A DNA stretch of 62,683 nt, filler included, from Atractiella rhizophila (GCA_021432655.1; 4 parts of 4 records of this genome joined end to end with filler, not necessarily neighbours in it), one strand, 5' to 3'; counted from the first letter of the whole stretch, positions 1 to 12,414 are shown. Numbers and translations are program-made. The notes: generated from the letters alone by a model not told the origin.

Positions 1-95
1 TCCGATTCATAATCGATTCCATCCGATTCATAATCGATTCCATCCGATTCATAATCGATTCCATCCGATTCATAATCGATTCCATCCGATTCATA
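1..95. repeat. 21-bp tandem repeat (TCCGATTCATAATCGATTCCA), at least 4 copies
   Basis: Directly visible; codes DYESDGI on the minus strand. Confidence 0.95.
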
Positions 96-794
96 CTCGG
101 ATTCATCTGAATCATACTTGAAACCGGAGCTTTCTGGCTCTCCGTCGTCATGATGCCAAAAGTTGAGGTCAACTGGACTGATAAAAACGGGTCAATGATA
201 GGCAGGACTAAGGCATGACCGGAAACCAGGAGCCGGTATTTCTAAACGTTACTGTGCCTGTGGGGCCTCGAAGAATGACGCTCTAGCCGGATTTATCAGG
301 CCAGATTCGAAAGGCAGAGGGAAACACACAGCTTCATTCTCAAGTTCTTTTTGGCTACTCACTTTCATCCCCTTGCCATCTTCTCTAATTATCTCATAGG
401 TCACTTTTCCAGCCTCGGCTCCCCGAAAATCCACCTGCAGGGGCAGTGTTAGGTTGTGCATAAATGAAACTCCAGCCTGAAGTGTTTTCCACGCAAACAC
501 ATCGCAGGGCATCGGTTTATTCGACTCGAATGCTATTTGTTCTGCCTCTAATTCTGCTAATTCTGCTTTCACTTCCTCTGGCGTGGGGAATTCAGTCTCC
601 AGGTCAGATTCATAGCAGACCCGTCGCCCAAGGGGTCGGAGTTGGTCGGCGATAAAACTGGTCGACCAGTTTTGACCTGCTTTTTGGCTTGCAAATTTTC
701 TCAAAATTGAAGCGCAAAACCATTTTTCGCTTGCGGCCTCCGGCCGCTTGCGCAAACCCCTGGGGGCGACTAGTTTGCCCATTCTAGCTGTCAC
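1..794 (-). CDS. Hypothetical spliced gene, partial; 5' end cut by a TIR element, acidic DYESDGI-repeat tail running off the window
   Basis: ORF 249-794 joins in frame across a GT..AG intron (252-178) to an exon reading HPVDLNFWHHDDGEPESSGFKYDSDESEYESDGIDYESDGI... Confidence 0.5.
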
Positions 795-1344
795 TAGAGA
801 GGGTTAGGAAATTCAAACAGCTTGTTTGAATTTTCAAAAATGTTGTAGAAATGCAATAGAAATCTTTGGGCACCCTCACTGAATCTGGAAATGTGCCTCT
901 TTACTCTGGGCAACTTACGGAAGGCAAGGGATAACGATTTGATGTTGAACGGATGTTGGCTCGAACTTGGGTCACGTGCAGCACGTCCTGGTGGCTCACA
1001 TCAACTCAACTGCCTCAGCTCAGCTCCTACAAGCTCACAGAGGCTTCTGAGACATCAAATTTACTGTTATATGACCATTACGACCTTTCTTCCACTCAAA
1101 TTTCAGGTTTTCCAAGTGCGAGCATTTTCACAATAGTACACTACAGAAAGAACCAGAGCATAACTACAGCTTTTGCCCTTGTCATGAGCTGTATCTCATC
1201 AAAGCTCCAATTAAGGATCTTTGGAACCACTTTATATGCATCCAGGGACCTCAAATACCTACCAGGATACAAAAAAGGACTGTTGAATCTTTTGAATTTT
1301 CAACCTCCAAAAATCTCAAATTTTGAATTTCCTAACCCTCTCTA
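795..1344. mobile_element. 550-bp non-autonomous TIR element (MITE), TAG...CTA termini, possibly hAT-like
   Basis: 23-bp perfect terminal inverted repeats TAGAGAGGGTTAGGAAATTCAAA (795) and TTTGAATTTCCTAACCCTCTCTA (ending 1344); no recognisable coding interior; no TSD seen. Confidence 0.8.
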
Positions 1345-1880
1345 CTGAAGACTGGTTCATTCAGTCCCGCACAGCCTATAGTTCTTCTCCTTATTTTTTA
1401 AGAGGCTCAAAGAGACCGGAGGCTCAGGAAAGGAGGGATGTCGGTCATGAGAATGGAGGAGTGGTGCTCTTTATCGACCCTTCCCTCAAGTCCGGAGTTG
1501 AAGGTGTTGCATCTGTGGTTGAAGCTCTCTGGGAAGCGTCTCGCATTCGTGTATCTTCCTCCGTCTTTCTCGAATGCTCGCTGTCGGCAACTCCTCTCTG
1601 AACTCCCCCCAGTCGATCTGGTCGCCGGCGACTTTAATATTCGATTCAACTCAACTGTGTCCCCCTCTGATAGGGTTTCCTGCATCGTCACTTGGATGGC
1701 AATGCGTCAGCTGTTTGTCTCTTCTCCTCAGTCTACTCATCCCGCTCTCCTCAATCCCCTCGATCACATCTTCACTTCGCCTTCAACTCCTGTCCACTCA
1801 CTTTCACTCATTCATCAGTCCTCCTTATCTATCTCCTCCGACCATCCTCTCCTCCTCTGCCAACTCTCTCTCCCTCTTCT

Positions 1881-2827
1881 NNNNNNNNNNNNNNNNNNNN
1901 NNNNNNNNNNNNNNNNNNNNNNNNNNNNNNNNNNNNNNNNNNNNNNNNNNNNNNNNNNNNNNNNNNNNNNNNNNNNNNNNNNNNNNNNNNNNNNNNNNNN
2001 NNNNNNNNNNNNNNNNNNNNNNNNNNNNNNNNNNNNNNNNNNNNNNNNNNNNNNNNNNNNNNNNNNNNNNNNNNNNNNNNNNNNNNNNNNNNNNNNNNNN
2101 NNNNNNNNNNNNNNNNNNNNNNNNNNNNNNNNNNNNNNNNNNNNNNNNNNNNNNNNNNNNNNNNNNNNNNNNNNNNNNNNNNNNNNNNNNNNNNNNNNNN
2201 NNNNNNNNNNNNNNNNNNNNNNNNNNNNNNNNNNNNNNNNNNNNNNNNNNNNNNNNNNNNNNNNNNNNNNNNNNNNNNNNNNNNNNNNNNNNNNNNNNNN
2301 NNNNNNNNNNNNNNNNNNNNNNNNNNNNNNNNNNNNNNNNNNNNNNNNNNNNNNNNNNNNNNNNNNNNNNNNNNNNNNNNNNNNNNNNNNNNNNNNNNNN
2401 NNNNNNNNNNNNNNNNNNNNNNNNNNNNNNNNNNNNNNNNNNNNNNNNNNNNNNNNNNNNNNNNNNNNNNNNNNNNNNNNNNNNNNNNNNNNNNNNNNNN
2501 NNNNNNNNNNNNNNNNNNNNNNNNNNNNNNNNNNNNNNNNNNNNNNNNNNNNNNNNNNNNNNNNNNNNNNNNNNNNNNNNNNNNNNNNNNNNNNNNNNNN
2601 NNNNNNNNNNNNNNNNNNNNNNNNNNNNNNNNNNNNNNNNNNNNNNNNNNNNNNNNNNNNNNNNNNNNNNNNNNNNNNNNNNNNNNNNNNNNNNNNNNNN
2701 NNNNNNNNNNNNNNNNNNNNNNNNNNNNNNNNNNNNNNNNNNNNNNNNNNNNNNNNNNNNNNNNNNNNNNNNNNNNNNNNNNNNNNNNNNNNNNNNNNNN
2801 NNNNNNNNNNNNNNNNNNNNNNNNNNN
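1881..2827. other. Assembly gap (N run) inside the LINE
   Basis: Run of N. Confidence 0.99.
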
Positions 2828-3802
2828 TTTCCCTCGCCTCCACTCGACACTCTGGTCGTGGTTCGACCGCCTTCGCGAGCGCTCCCCCTTCATCCGGACA
2901 CCGCCTCCTCCGTTCAAAGGTCGCCAGTCACCTATGGGCCGATAGGTCCTCTGACACTCAAACTTCACGACCCTCCGGCGGTCGTAAGGCCCTCTCCTCC
3001 TCGCAGCTGCGAGCAGCGTTTGTTAGGTCATCACTTTCTCAGGGCGGGGGTACCAGACTTTACCCTGCTTGCTTCCACGCCATTTACCGGTTCGCCTGAT
3101 CAAGCAAGGTTGGTAAGGGTTGGTGGACCTCCGAGGAGTCCTTCGCCAGAACGAACAGGCTGAAGAGGTTTTTCGGTCCGGAGCTTCAGTTAGGGCAATC
3201 CTGGGGCTCTGTGTACGGCTCTATGAACCGCGACGACTGGACGACTTAACCTCACGGCAACTATGTTTCTCACTGCCCCTTCCCCCGTTGTCGAAATGTA
3301 AAACCCTATAACTCGAAGTAGGGCAAGACTACTCTGGTGAAACGATTGACATAGCTCGACTGCGACCGGAAGTAGCTGTCAAAACCCCTACGTCCGTTAC
3401 AGCAGCCGTTTCCTCCCTCGTCTCTGTTCCCTTCTTCGTAAACCGCCCTCTCCTCTCTCCGCTGACCCTCGAACTCCCACTACCGACCCTCCGCTCCTCT
3501 CCTCTCCGTTCACTCGTTTCCTCCTCGCCCAATTCCTCCGTCTGTTCACCCCAGTTACTTCTCTAGTTTCTCGTACCCTTACTAGCCTGGTGGGACACCC
3601 ATCGGCGCTACTTACCGTTACCCTTCAACCGCGAGCGGCAACTGATGCTAACAACGGTATCGTAATACTCACGTTTCAACGGTCTACTCGAGCGCATATC
3701 GACCACCTCGTGGAGCTCTGAACTTCAACCGCAGCCGTTACAACACAGCTTGACTGCCTTTCCGTGCAAGCTTCAGGTCCTTCTAGCGTTATCCCGCGAC
3801 CT
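2828..3802. other. Mirror-reversed (reversed, not complemented) reverse transcriptase segment of the LINE
   Basis: Reading the + strand letters right to left gives FLDFERAFPSV (from 3782), RGYPQGG (3608-3588), FADD (3411-3400), KYLG (3227-3216) and IYRTFVRP (~3086-3063), in canonical RT order. Confidence 0.93.
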
Positions 3803-5147
3803 CCCGCTTCAACCCAGCCCTCCCCCTCGTTGTGTCCCCCTGGCCAACCGCTCCCACTAGCTCAGACATCGTGCCACAAATCCAGTCTTGCGAACTGTTT
3901 GCTCGCTTTCTCAATGCTCAGGCCAACGAGGAGGTCAACGGTTACGTTCTCACACTTCAGGCATTCCTTCGTTGCGAACGGCTTCACCTCCTGAGCTCAT
4001 CTGAGCTTGTTGGCACTCTAGGTTCCCTCATCTCACCGCTCCAGCGGACGGCTTCTCTCGTGGACAGGATTCTCCTTATTCCTGATGATGCCTTGCGGAG
4101 GCTCGTCATCAAGTGGAGGGTGGGATGTTTCGGGTTCAACCGCCCTTGCTCTCATGGTCTCCCTTTTTCTCGCGGTCATGTTAGCTGTTTGATTCATTCT
4201 TAGGTTTCTTTTCTTCTGCTAATTCTCCCTTCATGGATCTCTCTTTCTTTTCCAAAGTGCCTCTTCCCTCTATTCCCAACTCCTCTCTCTTAGATGCTAT
4301 CATTGGTCATAGAAATAGTACTTTCTCCTCCATAGCCTATCAGACCCTTCTTGTTTGGTCTGATTTCTTACACAGATAACTTGTAGTCGTAGTCGTACTC
4401 ATCTCCTGCCAATCCATTCTTAAACCCCCCCCCCCGTTCTCTCACTTTCACGACTAACCGTCGACCACATCTGCTGGCGCATCATCTGCGTATCAAATCC
4501 AACGCAATTGGCAACGCTTCAAGTCGTTACGACGCATATCTGAAAATGAGTTATTCTGCCAGACTCCGAGAGGTGAGGAGGGCTTTAAATCCTTATAGCT
4601 TTATCCGCTCTCGCTGCTCCCATCGCTGTGAATCTTCCCTTTCAGTAGAGGTCCGCAGCGGCTTTGCTATCACCGGTTGGATTTCCTCTATCTCTTGTGT
4701 TCTCTACGTGTCAGGCGTCGCCTTTCGACAGGAGGGGATAAGGATAAGACTTATTCTTGAGGTCACTGCCCCGCCACGGTCGTCATCCGTTGTCCCGCTC
4801 AAATTTCCTGGGAAGACTCTACTCCATCAAACGCTGTCAGCACTTTGCAACGCCTTAGCAGCCATCCCAGCTTCGATTGCCTCGCATCCCGACATTCCTC
4901 ATCGCAGCAGGCAAGAGTTTACTCTCACTGAGATTGTGCTTGCCGCCACGGGTTGTGTTTTCTTCATCGTCAGCTCCACAACTTCCATTTTCACCAGGAG
5001 CAGAGAAGGACGAACCAAGTAAGTTCGTGGAGAAGCCAAACAATTTGGGCTCCAAGCGTGCGTTGATGAAGTTTGACTACGTCTTTTCTCAGATTGAAGC
5101 TAACTTTGGTCCATTTATATCTTGTCTAGTGTTTCAATCAACCGTAG

Positions 5148-6145
5148 ATAAATATCTTCGTAAAGCGCAGGAACGGCAAGAACCCAAAGATATTGCTCCC
5201 TACCAACGAATTGAGATTTCGAAGAGCTCAGTGAGTGCTGGGCGAGAAGGAGGAAGGAGTTTGAAGAAACGATTAGGAGGACTCGTATCTGTATCAATGT
5301 TCGCCATCCCTTTGTTCTTGAGCGACATGGGACAGGGTGTTAAGTCCATGATTCGCTTGAATGTGGATGAAACCGTGGTGAAATATGCTTCATGGGAAGT
5401 CTCAAAGGAGAGTACGGTCACTCGAGGTCGGTCTACGAGAAGGCCCTTGACGTCTCTCCGGCTGAAATAAAGGTGTAGATGTCATATACGGAGATGGAGC
5501 TCACAGCGCGTAACATTCAACACGTGCAACGTCTTCGATCGAGCTTCACCCTTCTCCCCCATTTGGACCAGCTCTGGTACAAATACGTATTCCTTGAGGA
5601 ACTCTTGGGAAATGCGAGCGGCGCTCGGCAGATATTCAAGCGCTGCTGGGAGCCAGATGAAAGGCTTGGAGCGCATATATCAAAACGGAGGTAAGGTATG
5701 GGGAGTTGGACCGTGCAAATAATGTTTATGAGAGGTTGTCAATTGTCATCTGGGAACAAGGATATGTATTAAATGGGCAAAGCTTGAGGAGGTCCATGGG
5801 ATGTTGGATCGAGCGATGGAAATCTTTCAGATGACGATGGAGAAGCCGAGTTGGTGAAGGCTCAATCTGTTTACCATGCATTTGCAAAGCTTGAAATCCG
5901 GCATAAGGAATATGAGAGGGCCATGTGGAGAGCACTTGAACAATAGTATGGGGATGTAGATTCATTGGCCGAGGTGGAGGCAAAGACGCAATGCATTGTC
6001 CGGGGGTATAAGGATGAGAATGCACAGGTGTCTGGAGATCAGTGCTTCCTTCACCGAATGTTCGTTTCGCATTATCTGAGCAATGTTTGGCCAGGAGTAG
6101 ACAAATAATAACAGTAATCCGCAAGCAGAGTCTCGAATCATGGAG
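5148..6145 (+). pseudogene. CLF1: CLF1/crooked-neck (HAT-repeat splicing factor) pseudogene fragment
   Basis: [51 protein letters not shown] and [21 protein letters not shown] match the Clf1/Crn N-terminus; several frameshifts and stops. Confidence 0.85.
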
Positions 6146-6169
6146 GGCTTCAAGGTGTGCGAATCATGG

Positions 6170-8433
6170 TAACTTCCTGCACCGATGCATGTGCGGAAGC
6201 AATGAGACCCCCTAATGGAGGAACGTACCGGGACTTGCGTATCATCGACGACAGCCTCCACCTGGACATTATCCTCCATCGGAGTCCTGATATACTCGAG
6301 CATCTCTGCTTGAGCCTTCTTCTCGGCTTCCACGACGTGCTGTCTCCTGGGCTGCAACCAGGAGCTGGACTTCATGAACAAACTAGTGCCTGGATGAAAT
6401 CCTGCCAATGTAGCAACCCGAGACGCTGCTGCTCCATCGTTCCCTGTGGGAGGCTAGGAGGATTCGATTTCCTCAACTGTGAAAGAGGGAGAGGGAATAT
6501 AGTATCGTCCTGTGAGGTACTCGATGTCAAAGATGTGTTGTCCGCCTGGTGGCGACAGGGGTTGGAAGAAGTCTCCTTTGGCGGAGAGATGTCGGTTACG
6601 GGTGATGGCGTCGAGGCTGAGGATGTGATCTTTCGAAGACCGAAGAGTTCGCCCGCGACTCGGGCGGACGATTCTGCTCCGACGAAGAAGCAGTGGATCT
6701 TGAGGAAAGAAGGACTTGAAGGATCCAGGTCGGATCTGGGCGGAAAACTCCAGCGGGAGATCTTCTTCTCTGGCGAGCAAACGGACAAGTTCACCGCTCC
6801 AGATTTTTTCCGCTCTATTTTTGCCAATCCACAGACTCTGTAATGCGAGTGCGTAAAGCGTCACAGCGGTATAAACGTCGCCTATATCCTTGATGGAAGT
6901 CCTTACGTCCTTCTGTTGCTTCTCATCCCAAATTGCTGCAATACCTTTCGGAGTCCTCAGCTCCAACTCAAACAGCTTATTATTCGGCGGATGGGCCAAC
7001 CTGTTCCATCACATTGCATCCAATCAGCGCATCTTCCGCCAACCAATTTCGAGAGGGTAGACGGAGAGGGGAGAGGACGGACCAAGGCAACAAGCTGTTC
7101 TCTTCGACTTCCAAATCGTTGTCTGCTGCGAAGAGGCGTACCGAGTATTCCGAATTCCAAATCCCTGCCGAGCCGCTCAACTTGCTCGTTTTCTTGAACA
7201 CGACTGCGGGCCAATGGGTGATGGCGAGTTCCTCTGCGTCGTCTTCACTCTTATTCTCGCTCCCGATCCGCACCCCCAACCTGACCCAAACGAGCTCCAA
7301 CTCCCTAAACATTCCTTCCGCCACCCTCAAATCCTTCGCCCTATCCTTCGACAGGCTCTTAGACAGGTTTGGGACGGTCCTGCCCTTTGACCTTTCCACA
7401 ATACTCTTATCAGGCACGGGGAGGAGCTTTCCATCCCTCCTGAGCCGCGCAGCAATCTTTCCCCACTTCGATCCGCTCTTCCTCTCCGGATCCTTGAGCC
7501 CCAACACCTCCCTGTTGACCACCTTCTGCGGCTCCCGATGTCCAGTCTTCGGGCCGCAGTATATGCATTCGCAGACTTTGGAGGCGGAGAGCGGTTGAAG
7601 AAGCCAGTAAGCGTGAGCAACAAACTCGTTGGGAGATCTATAGATCACATTAGGACGACCGTACAGGTAGGCGTCTGATCGAACTTTGGTGGGATCTGTC
7701 GGGTCCCCGCTCTTCCTTCGAGTTTTGGTGAAGATGTTGTATCCGGGAGGGAAGGCTGCGAGCGCGTATGTCTTCCTGTCTTTTCCATCCCAACAATCGT
7801 CCCAACCCAACCGACCGGACGAAACAAAAAGAATCCATGATCCGCTCGAATGGGAAGGAAGAAACGCACTCATATCGAGTTCGAGCAGCTTTGCCACAGA
7901 GTCGCCGAGCTTCTTCAGCCACATCTCTAACGTCTTCTGCTTGGACCGAGTAATGTTTTCAAACGGGCCATCCTGCGTGCTCGGCCAATGAGACTCGTTC
8001 CCGTCTGTGGCGAAGATGTGGATGCGATAGATCTTCTCCTTCTCGTTGTATATGATCCGATACATCTCTTCCTCCTCCGCCTCCGCCTCTGCATTCGCAT
8101 CCACAGTCATACCCACATCCTTGAGTGACGGAGCAGGCCGGTACTGAACTGACAAGTTCAACTGAGAGTTTCCAGCAGTTGGAATCGGGGGAAAGGTTGA
8201 GGATGCTGATGGCAAGAGACGCGTGCGCTTGATCCCATTAGCACTCTTTACCGCATACGATGAGACGTTTTTTGGTGATACATTCCGAGAGGTCAAGGAT
8301 GGATTTTGAGAGGTGGAGGGTTGAGGAGAAGCTGAGCAAGAACGTCGTTTGTTAGGGTCGTGGGGGTTGGATCGGGTTCTGTGGAGTCGGAGGGAGGAAG
8401 GAAGTGACTTTAGGCACTGTCGTCCAGCATCAT
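6170..8433 (-). CDS. clr2: Clr2-like transcriptional silencing protein (cryptic loci regulator 2 domains); in-frame TAG at 6454-6456, possibly a pseudogene; ends approximate
   Basis: FPPGYNIF..RSDAYLYG..YRSPNEFVAHAYWL..CECIYC resembles the Clr2 N-terminal domain. FRELELVW..ITHWPAVV, AEKIWSGELVRL and GRYY resemble the C-terminal part. Confidence 0.75.
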
Positions 8434-9289
8434 TTTGATGACAGAGCAGAGACAGAGGTGAATAATGTAATAGCTTGTTATGGGATACGCAAGTACAGGA
8501 TGACATGGAAGGGTATTGGCAGTGGCCATCGGCTTGTTTATAATGGGCACGCTTTTGGGCATCGCAACCAGTTCTGAGCGCATACATTATGAGCGCAGGC
8601 GATGTTTTGATCGTGTTCGAAGGACCCAGGTGCTGTTAAGCAAAGAAGACTTACCTGCGTCTAATGGTGGGGCTTTTCTCATTATCCCTACTTCTTGCGT
8701 ATGTTTAGTAATACTTTCTCACACGAATGAAATCCCGTATGACGCTTTTGGAGCGAAGAGAGAGAAGTAATCGAGTAATCAAAGGAACCTGGCGTTGGGC
8801 GGTGTTCGCGTTGGTTCCAACTACACGGCAGGTTGGGTACGGAATCCAAGGGAGCTCCGTCAGGACTGTGAAGCAGAGAGTCCCAGCGCAGCTCCGTTTG
8901 CGGTCTCTAGGGACTCGAAAACGAGTTCGATGTAGTTACTCCTATCGTGCGTCCCTCCGGACGACTCCCTGGCGACTCATTTTAATGAATCTAATTTGAA
9001 TCCCTGGGGGATCGACTGGAGGCTGCTGATATCCCTCAGCATGCAGACCTTTCAAAATGCTTTTGACAACACCTCTAGGCTTACTGATGCTGAGTTCTTC
9101 ATCGGAATGATATCAGAGAGCGAAATCCCTGAAGAAGTCATAATAGCTATAGAAAGACGACCCACGAGACGGCAAGCGAAGAAGATGTTGTTATTGTGGA
9201 ATTGCAATGATTATTATTTCGCCTTTTTGAGTCTTTATATACTTGTAGAAACATTATTCTAGAACATTCAAGAAAAAGTAAGATAGTGA

Positions 9290-12240
9290 GAAACCAGAAA
9301 ACACGAGACCAAGTAGGAATATTCCAGAACAAGTAATGACCACTCAACTGAGATGGCAGGATGAACCGAGAACAACAGAAGATGAGACACTGGGGCCAGA
9401 AAAATGCCGCGTGAATGGAACTGGATGGGAAACGATGGAACAAAGATGGGAAAGATTGAAGGATCATTTTGTGATTGGAGATGGAAAGGAAGCCTCAAAC
9501 CTAACCGAAAATCAGAGACAACAAGTCACGAAAATCCTCAGAGATCACGTCGACGTATTCGCTACCTCAATCGGCGACATGTCTCGAGCTGACATCATCC
9601 AGCACTCAATAAAGCTCAAGCCAAACTCGCCTCCAACATGCTCGTCATTCCAACAAGCTCTTACCCCTCCACAGTGCGAATTTATGGACAACGAAATCAA
9701 CGCCATGCTGCGTGACGACGTCATTGTCCAGCTTCTAACTTCCGAATATCAACCTCCTCACATTGCACACCTCAAAATCGTTCCCAAACCAAATGCGGAC
9801 AATAAACCATTCGATATGTCCCTCGACTCCCTTCAATTAAAGGTGTCCCAGGTACTGGCGAGGCTAGAAGGAAAGCAGGCAACCGAATCTCCAGAGAAGA
9901 TAGAAGATCCGGGGAGGCATGAACTCCCATCGAGACCAAAAGGCAAAATGGAGAATGGTAATAGCATTTCTGGGACTCAATGATGCAACAGAATTATCTC
10001 CATTTCCGGCTGCAGGGTTCAACCAAACAGCAGCAGAAATGGCAGGAAACAAGTTTTATTTCTGTGTGGACATGTGCAGAGGTTTCTATGCCATCTTCAT
10101 GCGAGAAGAAGACATCGAAAAGACAGCTTTCTATGCTCCTGGAAGAGGAATGTTCGCTTTCAAGGTAATGGTGTTAGGACTCACCGGATCCCCCCGCACG
10201 TACTGGGAAATGATGGATCACGCGTTTGGAGCTCTCTGACAGAAACACAGAGGGTGGCTAGGTTGGTGGGTTGACGACGTGCTGGGAGGAGAAAAGACTT
10301 TTGACAAGACAATACTGCTCCTCAGAAAATTCCTCCAACGATTCTGAGCAGCGAAATTATCGATCACAGCGTCGAAAGGACCGTTGTTTGTCTCTCGAGT
10401 ACGATGGTGTGGGGTAGTGTAGTGGCAGAAGATGGAGTAAAGGCGGATGTAAGCAAGATCGATGCTATCATGAGTATGCCAGAGCCAACAAACCCAGCTG
10501 AAATGATCAGGTTTCCTAGCACAGCTGGCCCCAGAGGACTCCAAAACCTCATCCCCAACTTCGCGAAAATTACACAGTGCCTTCGTCCCCTTGCACTCGC
10601 TGCACCTCTGACTCCAGCAGACAAGTGGCCAGATGGAAAGCACAAGCCAGGGGCTATCAAGCAGGCACTAGGGCAGTTACCGCCTGGGTAGAAGCTAATT
10701 GATGAGCATAGACATGCCATTAGCTCCTTAAAGCTTGCATTATGCAGCGCTCCGGTCTTACGATCTCCACACTTCGCTCCAGATTCAGAATTCGTTGTCC
10801 AATCAGATACATGTCGGCACGGGTTCACAACCACACTCAGCCAACGATTCGACGACGGCATCATCCATCCAGTCGGATATGCATCTCAAAAGACAACACC
10901 CAGCGAATCGCTCTATTCAGCCCTGCTGCTTGAACTTGCATGTCTCAAATATAGATTAGACTATTGGAGAGACCTGACCCTGGGATTCCCAATTGTCATC
11001 ACAACCGATTGTCGCTCACTCCTAACCATCCTCAAAAATGAGAAGCTGAGTCCTGCGCATGAGCAATGGAGGGAATGTCTATTCACCCACAACGTCTGCC
11101 ACGTTGAACATGTCTCAGGTAGTGTGAACTATTGCTGTGATATGATGTCCTGGGCACCTGTGGGAGAAGCTAGGAAGGAGATATCAGAATCGTGGATGGA
11201 GACAGAAGGGTTAAAGGACGATTCGTTCCAAGAAGCACTAGGGGGGAAGCAATGGGCGACAATGGTTCAGGAGGATCCGGAGGTAAAGGGGTTGCTCAAG
11301 AGATTTGAAGGAGATGAGGTATTCAAGGGAGTACTTCCCCTAATCCTATTCCTCTCACTCAAGGACGGAACTCCTGAACACCTGAAAGACATCCGGTCTG
11401 CAAGGTGGCGATAACATGCAATCACTTCACTGGATTTCAATGGGCCGTAATGTTGTCGAATGAGAAAGCTGAGCTTGGGGTCTGCATCTTCAACAAAGTC
11501 ATGAACCATGCCGGTCCACCACTTCATGCGATGTTCGATGGAGGTGGAACCTTCAACAACGAGGAACTGAAAGCGAGAATCAAGGAAGTTGGGATGATTG
11601 CACACTTCACACCGGCTCTGCAACCATCGACGAACGGGTTTCTGGAGAACAAAAACCACATCTACCTAGAATGGTGCAGGAAAAATGCAACTGTGGGGGA
11701 AACGGACCCACGCAGCACCTGGGCCCTCAGGTTGGACGAAGACATAAACTCCCTCAACCGAGACAAGATTAGAAGCCACGGATTCATGTCCACGGAGCTA
11801 CTCCATGGATGGAACTCATTGGACCGGCACACACTTACACCGAAGGATGTGAGGGACCTGGTCAAGGGTGAAAAGGAACCGACAAGAAAGGATGTCATGG
11901 TATATCTAGGACAGTTGGAGGCAAAAAGGGAACAAGCATTCACTAACAGGGTCAAGTACACGGCAAAGATGAACGAGAATTTTTGATAAACATGCAAACC
12001 CAGTCATGGAGCTGGACAGCACTATCCACATGCAACACTCGCGAAAACTGGAAGCCAGGTGGTTTGGACCGTTCAAAATCGTCGGGAAAAGAGGAAACAT
12101 CGATGGAGAAGAATCAGCAAATGCACAGTCCTGGATTTTGGAAACATTTACCGGAGTGAGAATAGGTGGATACTTCCACAACCAACGCCTTAAACACTTT
12201 CACATGAGGGATCCTGAAGCAGAAGGGGCTTAGCCACAGT
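9290..12240 (+). mobile_element. Degenerate Ty3/Gypsy LTR retrotransposon pol (RT, RNase H, integrase)
   Basis: VDMCRGFY..KTAF..GLTGSP..WVDD (RT); FVVQSD..HPVGYAS..LELAC..TDCRSL (RNase H); integrase region 11405-11986; SRKLEARWFGPFKIV. Many stops and frameshifts; no LTR pair recognised. Confidence 0.9.
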
Positions 12241-12414
12241 ATTATTAGATTGTATCTCATATTTCTTATCATTTCACTCACCTCATATCACCCATCTATT
12301 TTCATCTTCTTCGTGAGCCGGCACCTGTGGCAGGCACAAATATGTGCAATCCATAGAATGAAACTAACATATACATCCACCATCTCCACTCATGTCCCAT
12401 CCCCACATCGAGAA

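Larger units (their letters stand above)
1345..4379 (+). mobile_element. Degenerate non-LTR retrotransposon (LINE) ORF2: APE endonuclease, reverse transcriptase, C-terminal domain
   Basis: APE motifs GHENGGV, LVAGDFN, LDHIF and SSDHPLL at 1345-1880. RT motifs occur only in mirrored form at 2828-3802. C-terminal LVIKWRVGCFGFNRPCSH and SLLDAII, with a stop at 4377-4379. Confidence 0.85.

Noticed and set aside
1438..3163. Six long ORFs (341-553 aa) in the ORF track
   Set aside because: They are open only because they cross the N gap; only the APE part is real.
4546..5100. ORFs with intron-like signals upstream of the CLF1 fragment
   Set aside because: No recognisable family or consistent exon chain.
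6157..7598. Plus-strand ORFs of 228 and 221 aa
   Set aside because: Antisense shadows of the Clr2-like gene with no recognisable motifs.
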